NCBI GenBank assembly: GCA_012295275.1
Contig: CM022672.1
Span: forward strand, 17,546,001-17,610,000
Length of the DNA: 64,000 nucleotides
Direction of reading: 5' to 3'
From: Chrysomallon squamiferum
Taxonomy: Eukaryota > Animalia > Mollusca
Part shown: one piece after another, positions 57,324 through 64,000 of the stretch
Layout of the letters: each line of letters starts with the position of its first letter
Position numbering within the stretch: the stretch's first letter is position 1
Notes under the pieces: generated by a model
The model's input: the letters and a program-made list of their open reading frames with translations, nothing else
Databases searched by the model: none
Told to the model about the DNA's origin: nothing
Position numbers and translations under genes: made by a program

Positions 57324-57795
57324 TGTATTAATTCAAAATGTTTACAAATATAAATTAAATACATAATCTTTATTTATTAATCAGATGTTGTATATTCCCA
57401 TTACAAGTCTTCAGCTTTGAATTAAATATCTTATCAGATTTCAGGTTTGAAAATAATTTTAAATTAGCTTACCTTTTTATCTTATTATTTGTATACAAAG
57501 TCAGTAATTAAAGATATCATTAGATTAAGAAGTTGACATTTGACTTTGGTTTTTTTGTGAATAAGAAAATCATTATGAAGGCATTTCTTATCTAACAGTC
57601 ATGAATGAAGAAGATTCAATTCACTTTTCCTTATCAGATTACTTTGTAATACGTTTTCTGATTTAGCTTTTGTTTATCAAAAAAGGTTGACTGACATTTT
57701 AATGATTATTTTTGTTGTTGGTGTTCTTGATTTTTTTTAACTTAGAAGAATCTTATTTACTGGTAAATAAAAGACTTTGATGACAATGTTGATAC

Positions 57796-57799
<4 letters not shown>

Positions 57800-57884
<85 letters not shown>
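57800..57884. repeat. (AG)n microsatellite
   Basis: Directly visible. Confidence 0.98.
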
Positions 57885-57888
<4 letters not shown>

Positions 57889-58513
57889 AAGAAATCACAG
57901 AAAGAAAGAGAATAAAACATATTTTAACACTAATTTCTGTATTGTATCACAAATTAAAGATATTAATTTGAAGTCACCGCATGCTACAATGGACAAGAGA
58001 TTTATTGATTCTTTTTTTTTTTTTGCTTTCTCTTTCCTTAATTATTTTAGCGTGTAGGTTCATTTTAAGCCTGCCATTCATCTTCAGTCTACACTGCTTC
58101 TTTGCAGATCTTGAGAACTGTGCTGTTTAAGTTTGTGTTAACTAACAACATTCAATGGATTATATAATGGAAACTAACATGGGATGACTTCTTACATAAT
58201 ATGGAGTGTAATAATTCATATCAACGCATCCCTCATGCAATATTTTCTTAGCTTTTACCCAGAACTGTGGGTTCAATATATTTAATTGATACTTACATTC
58301 CACCAAAGTTCTAAGGAATTTTAGTGTTTGTCTATATATATATAAGGTAAGAATTTAAATGAAACTTAATGTGAAAATATTTTGTTAATAATTTATCCCA
58401 TAAATATGTTTGAAAGATTTACGTGAAAATATAATTTAAAATGAAACTGGACAGAATGTCATGTGCTGTATTTATTTTATTTTTTTTTTTTATTTTATTT
58501 TATTTTATTTTTA

Positions 58514-58561
<48 letters not shown>

Positions 58562-59391
58562 TTGAAAATCTAGTGATTTTTTATATTTATTCATTATTAA
58601 AATATAATGTGAAAACTTACCGAATATCTGTATTCATTTTCTTATTAACTGAAACTATAAGAATTTCTTTTCTTCAGAAAGAAAAATAAAATAAAATAGA
58701 AATTTAATGGTGAGTTTTTATCAACTTATCCTAATGCATGAAGATATTTGTGCAGATGTGTTAGTTAATCTGGAAGTTATTTTAATTTTATACATCCAGG
58801 CAATTTGTTTTATTTGCTTCAAAACTGGAACTTTTACTCCCTGTCTTAACTATTACTAAGGACAGATTCCTTCACTTCTTATGCATTTTTGGTTACTTTA
58901 TTGATAGAAATAGATAAACACATGCAACCATCTTGAAGATTGAGATTATCATAAACCATCATAAATGCCCTGAATGATAATAACTATTTTAACACAAAAC
59001 AATACAAATAAGTGACCACATATGCATGTAGTTATATTACCAGTTTTCTTAGTTACCATCAAGAACTACCCAGTATGAGAATCCAGAGAAATGCCAAGAG
59101 GCTGGAAGGGACGATCCTGCTGGCTGCTGCCAGTAGAAGTATTTTGCAGTCTACACCATTTTACTAATTGTTTGTTGAAGTAATATTGACAAACAGCTGG
59201 AAAAAAGTAATGTGCTGTATAACAAAATATGAAAAAAAATGTCCAGAGATACAGAGAGGTTGTTGTTTGGTTCCTTCATTTTCCAACAGAAACAGTTTTT
59301 CTTCTAAAATTTTATATATAGTTTTGTTGTAGTTCTTTTATCATTTTTTTGTTTTTTGTTTTCACTGTTTTTTTTATTATTATACAGTTTT

Positions 59392-59422
<31 letters not shown>

Positions 59423-61283
59423 AACAGTTAAGATAAATATGTGTATGTAATTATATAAACAATTAAGATAAATATGTGTATGTAATTATACAAGTGATGC
59501 TTTATTCCCCAAGATTGGTTTAGTGAAGTTTTTCATATTTCATGTGATTTGTCCACTCATATTGAATCCACCCTGGTCAGCAGCAAACTTGACAAACAAT
59601 TAATTAATCATTGATTAATTAGCAGCATTTTGTTTAGTAAACACATTTCGACAGGTTTTGACAGGCATTCACGTACAAACAGTATCTGATTACCAATCAA
59701 TGCAGGCATATTCTTTGATGAAACTTGATTTAATCTGAAACAGCATGCAAGACTGGTTAATTTTGAAGCAGACCTAATGAAGAAGAAAGGCAGTGATGAA
59801 TATGAAAATATGCTACATTGGCTTTTGTGAAATGAAGACATTGGCAAATTACAAAAAAAGAAAAAGAAAATACCATAAAAATATGAAGATGTTCACTAAA
59901 ATAGAAAATACAGAACGAAAAGGAAAATTCAAAATATCTGAATGTCAATATTCAGTGTGTTACAAAAACAAAAGAGAAGAACTGAGAATTAACTTTATTG
60001 TTAGGAATGTAATTGTCCTCGTGTTTGATATTACCATTCTTTGTAATGTAATGTACAGCTGTCAGTGATGCAGAGACTTAAATACTGAAATAATTAAATA
60101 TCAAATAATAAAACATTTTCAAATACTTATCTTTTTAAAAATTTATCTGATTATGTCAAAACATTGTCAAATGAAAACAGAGTGACATAAAAACAAAAGG
60201 TCGTTAAGTTAAAAACGTAGATTATTATAAAATAATTACCTTTTTCCATAAAGATTTTTCACACCATGTATGTTAAGAGACTGTTAATCAAATCAACATC
60301 AAAACTTAAAATGTGAAACCACTAAGTAAAGATAATGCATATTTGTAGGTCTTCTTGGATTATGACACACATGTGAGACTCATGCATTTGTCTACAATAA
60401 ACAGCCTAGCCATTTTAATTCCTGCTGAATTTTTTCTTTTATTATTTATTTAAATTTTTTATTTTATTTTATTTTATTTTATTTTTTTTTTTTTATTTTT
60501 ATTTTATTTTTTTTTTTTTATTTTATTTTATTTTTTTTTTTTTTATTTTATTTTTTTTATCTTATCTTTATTTTATCTTTATTATGATTTATTTATTGAT
60601 GAATAAAAATGAAAGTTGTTATCTTTCCTTTAAGAACTCTTTGGATTCCAGATAACAGATAACCAGCCAGTACCATCATGGTTATATCAACTGGATTATA
60701 ACAATTGTTAGACATGTAGTTGAATGAGACATTGCAATATTATCAGAAACTTAAAACTTGTTCTGAAGAAATATTTCATAATGTTTCATTGCCAATGTTT
60801 GTGATGAATCAGACAACACTGTACAATTTATACATAGTAAATGTTTTCACAAAACCTTTAATGATCCAAATGAATGTGTGCATGTGTGTGTTGTTCTTGA
60901 ATTCTTCTTAAATTATATTTTCCTTAAACATTTTTACCTTTTGAGACTTTGCTCTCTCAATCACCTTTTCTATCTCTCTCTTTTTTTCTCTCAGTTTCTC
61001 TATCTCTTTTCCTCATAATCAGTAAATCAATAATTTTCCACATAACTGAATTTTGATAACTACTGTATATTCTGCCTTAAGCACCTTAAGCGAAAAAAAC
61101 AAAATGTTAATATCATAAACTGCTATCTACTTAATACCACTTCTAGAAAAAGGCAGTTTCAGACTTGTTTAATCTTATTATCATTATTATTGGATATTGA
61201 TGAGGCTTTTTTTTTTTTGTATGTGTTTAGATGAATATGAGATATTTAAAATGTGCAGTGTGTATGAGTGGGGGTAGGTGGGG

Positions 61284-61321
<38 letters not shown>

Positions 61322-61617
61322 GTTAGTTAAAGAATTAATATTTGTTGGACACCAACTCAACACATTATTAACTACTGTTGTGTAATTAATACTATGAGTG
61401 AAGAAACACTGTGACATTTTATATAGATAGCTAGATAGATAGATAGATAGATAGATAGTAAAAATGTGTGTGTGTGTGTGTGTTGTTTATGTATGTAAAA
61501 AAAAAAAACTTTTATTTTTTTACTTTTTTATTTTTTATCTTTTATTAACTATAGGGATTTTTTTGTAGTCTTCTTTCTTTAAACTCTAAGACGCAAAGCA
61601 GCCTCATCATACATGTG

Positions 61618-61887
<270 letters not shown>

Positions 61888-62273
61888 CCTAACACATTTT
61901 TCTGGAATGTCATTACTATGCAGTAATATCTTCAGGGAAACAAACACTCTCTGTACACTGTTTCTTTTCATTTCAGTGACAAACAGTATTAAATCATTTT
62001 ACATTAACAAGCAAATTCAAATGGCATTTTTAGAAAACAGAATATATGTTTCAATAAATACATACACTGTATAATTTTTTCACTAACAAAAAAAACTTTT
62101 GGATCAAAATAATTTTATAATTATATATATATATTCAGTGGTTGTTTATTTTTTTAAATTTTCTTTATACATATTAGTCAGTATTTGAAGTGTGTTTATT
62201 ATACAATACTGCATTAATGTCAGTGGTCAGATGAGCAAAATGGATTTGTTTCAGGGGTGATGTTTTACTGTTT

Positions 62274-62356
62274 GAAAACAACCTCTCTGTACACTCTGGA
62301 AAACAACCTCTTTGTACACTCTGGAAAACAACCTCTCTGTACACTCTGGAAAACAA
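62274..62356 (+). repeat. 25-bp minisatellite, ~3.3 copies
   Basis: gaaaacaacctctctgtacactctg starts at 62274, 62299 and 62324; a related single copy lies near 61937. Confidence 0.92.
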
Positions 62357-62545
62357 AACAGTCACAGTCTGTGTTGTTACTAGTTAATCTCATTTCAAAA
62401 GCTGGACTTCACAGGACTTGCAAATCCAGTGCACTTGTCTTTAATACAAGACTCACTTGTCTTTAATACAAGACTCACTTGTCTGTAAGTCTTCAGTGTG
62501 TATTTTGTTAACAGATTTTATTTTATAAACTCTATTTCTATACAT

Positions 62546-62807
62546 CAGTGACTCTCAAACTGTTTTGCTTTCAGGACTTCTTTACACTCTTTAAACAACA
62601 CTGACCGAGGAGCCCCAAAGCTTATGTGTTTATGTGAAGCAGATCATGATAAAGGTGATAAAGGCAAATAACATCTTAGCATTGCTGTGAAAAATGCTCT
62701 GATGCGCTGAAACGTCTTGGGGGCCACTGTGTCTACATGTGTGTGTGTGTGTGTGTGTGTGTTTGGTGACCCTTATGAGTGTTGAAACAACACTTTGAGA
62801 ATTGCTG
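62546..62807. mobile_element. hAT-Charlie-like non-autonomous element (MITE)
   Basis: Imperfect TIRs cagtgactctcaaactg and (revcomp) cagcaattctcaaagtg fit the hAT-Charlie consensus CAG.GGTTCTCAAA. The 8-bp flanks ctatacat/ctgcccac match only 4/8. Internal (TG)n tract. Confidence 0.7.
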
Positions 62808-62891
62808 CTGCCCACAAAAAGGCAAACGACAAATGTTTGTTGTTGTTTTTTTCTTCAAATCTTTGTTAATTGTGTTGTGTGTTTGTTTCAG

Positions 62892-63026
62892 GTATTTGGA
62901 GGAAGAACGTGGTCTGCTGGACCGCAGAATCCCACCACGATTCAGGACCCTCCAGCGTCTTTCAAACGAACACCCAGCTTCGGAGTCGGTTTCAGAAAGA
63001 AGATGACATGCAATGTCACCACAAAG
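62892..63026 (+). CDS. PLCE1: PLCE1-like exon 15
   Basis: Acceptor gtttcag|gta, donor aag|gtaact. Encodes VFGGRTWSAGPQNP...KKMTCNVTTK; the junction with exon 14 gives AEAIKVFGGRTWS, like the PLC-epsilon FGGRRWS motif. Confidence 0.88.
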
Positions 63027-63087
63027 GTAACTGTTGTAGAATGTCACACTAATGACTGATGTTTCTCAGATACATGCAGACAGACAG

Positions 63088-63290
63088 ACACATACATACA
63101 TACACCACACACATACACACACACATACATACATACATACATACATACACACATACATACAAAGATACATACATACATACATATATTACACACATACATG
63201 CATATATATATGCATGCATACATACATACATATATACATACATACATATATACATACATACATACAAAGATACATACATGCATACATACA

Positions 63291-63324
<34 letters not shown>

Positions 63325-63454
63325 CATACACACATACATACATGCATGCAGACATACATATATATATATACATACATGCATACATACATACATACATACA
63401 TACAAACATATACATACATACATACATACATGCATGCATGCATGCATGCATACA

Positions 63455-63488
<34 letters not shown>

Positions 63489-63492
63489 CACA
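63088..63492. repeat. (TACA)n degenerate tetranucleotide tract
   Basis: Directly visible; the source of the HTYI/MYVC pseudo-ORFs. Confidence 0.97.
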
Positions 63493-64000
63493 GTCAAAAA
63501 GGTAGACTTGAAAGATGCACACAAAGATGCTCACACAAAAATACACACAGAATCACACATACAAATTTGCAAACATACATACAGGGTGAGTTACAAAACA
63601 GCACCCAGTTTCTGTCAGTTGAGTCTTTGCCTTTATTATTGCAGTGTACAAGAAGGTAGACATATATGACTGACTTGTTTATCTAACCATTTATTCAATA
63701 AAAATTCAAGTATTTTTTAACTACATGATTTCCCCAAATAGAATCTGACAGCTGAATAAGCAGAAATTGGGCTGCTACTTTTGACTCACTCTGTACATGT
63801 ATATATGCATGGACATACACAGGTAGCAGATCTTTATCCTGGAGGATTGATTGATGACATGCTAATTTCAGTTAGCATCTTTCTTCTCAAAATCTTTCTG
63901 GACTAGTAGGACAGCTACATGTAATTCCAGACTGCAAGCATTTATTAAAGCCAGCCACTTGCGTTTGTTTTTCTAATAATGTTGCCATAATTGATGATAT

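Noticed and set aside
63027-64000. Further PLCE1 exons (EF-hand, X/Y catalytic, C2, RA)
   Set aside because: Not present in the window; the catalytic core is inferred to lie downstream.

Overview
AT-rich, microsatellite-dense animal genomic DNA, not prokaryotic. A mollusc or other lophotrochozoan is inferred from composition and repeat style but is not proven. One large + strand multi-exon gene, a phospholipase C epsilon (PLCE1) orthologue, spans the window. I reconstructed 15 GT-AG coding exons (16393-63026; 5471 nt, about 1823 codons) with matching intron phases at every junction. Both ends of the gene lie outside the window or were not recognised. The spliced product reads: ARM-like helical region, a REM-like motif split by a ~385-aa Ser/Pro-rich insert, FERM F2+F3 lobes with no visible F1, a CDC25 RasGEF domain, a PH domain and the start of the EF-hand region. 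This N-terminus is longer and more modular than the textbook vertebrate enzyme. The 14-kb intron 6 holds two phase-compatible candidates: an alternative last exon (27135-27356, with AATAAA downstream) and an alternative first coding exon (MAHPDK|GTGAGT, 34025-34042). The locus may therefore make full-length, N-only and C-only proteins. Other observations are a 7-copy array duplicating an exon's splice donor, decoy acceptors before exon 10, a hAT-Charlie-like MITE, a putative MITE flanked by 6-bp direct repeats and a drop in non-coding CpG near 19-20 kb. Domain and repeat-family calls rest on motif recognition from memory; no searches were run.
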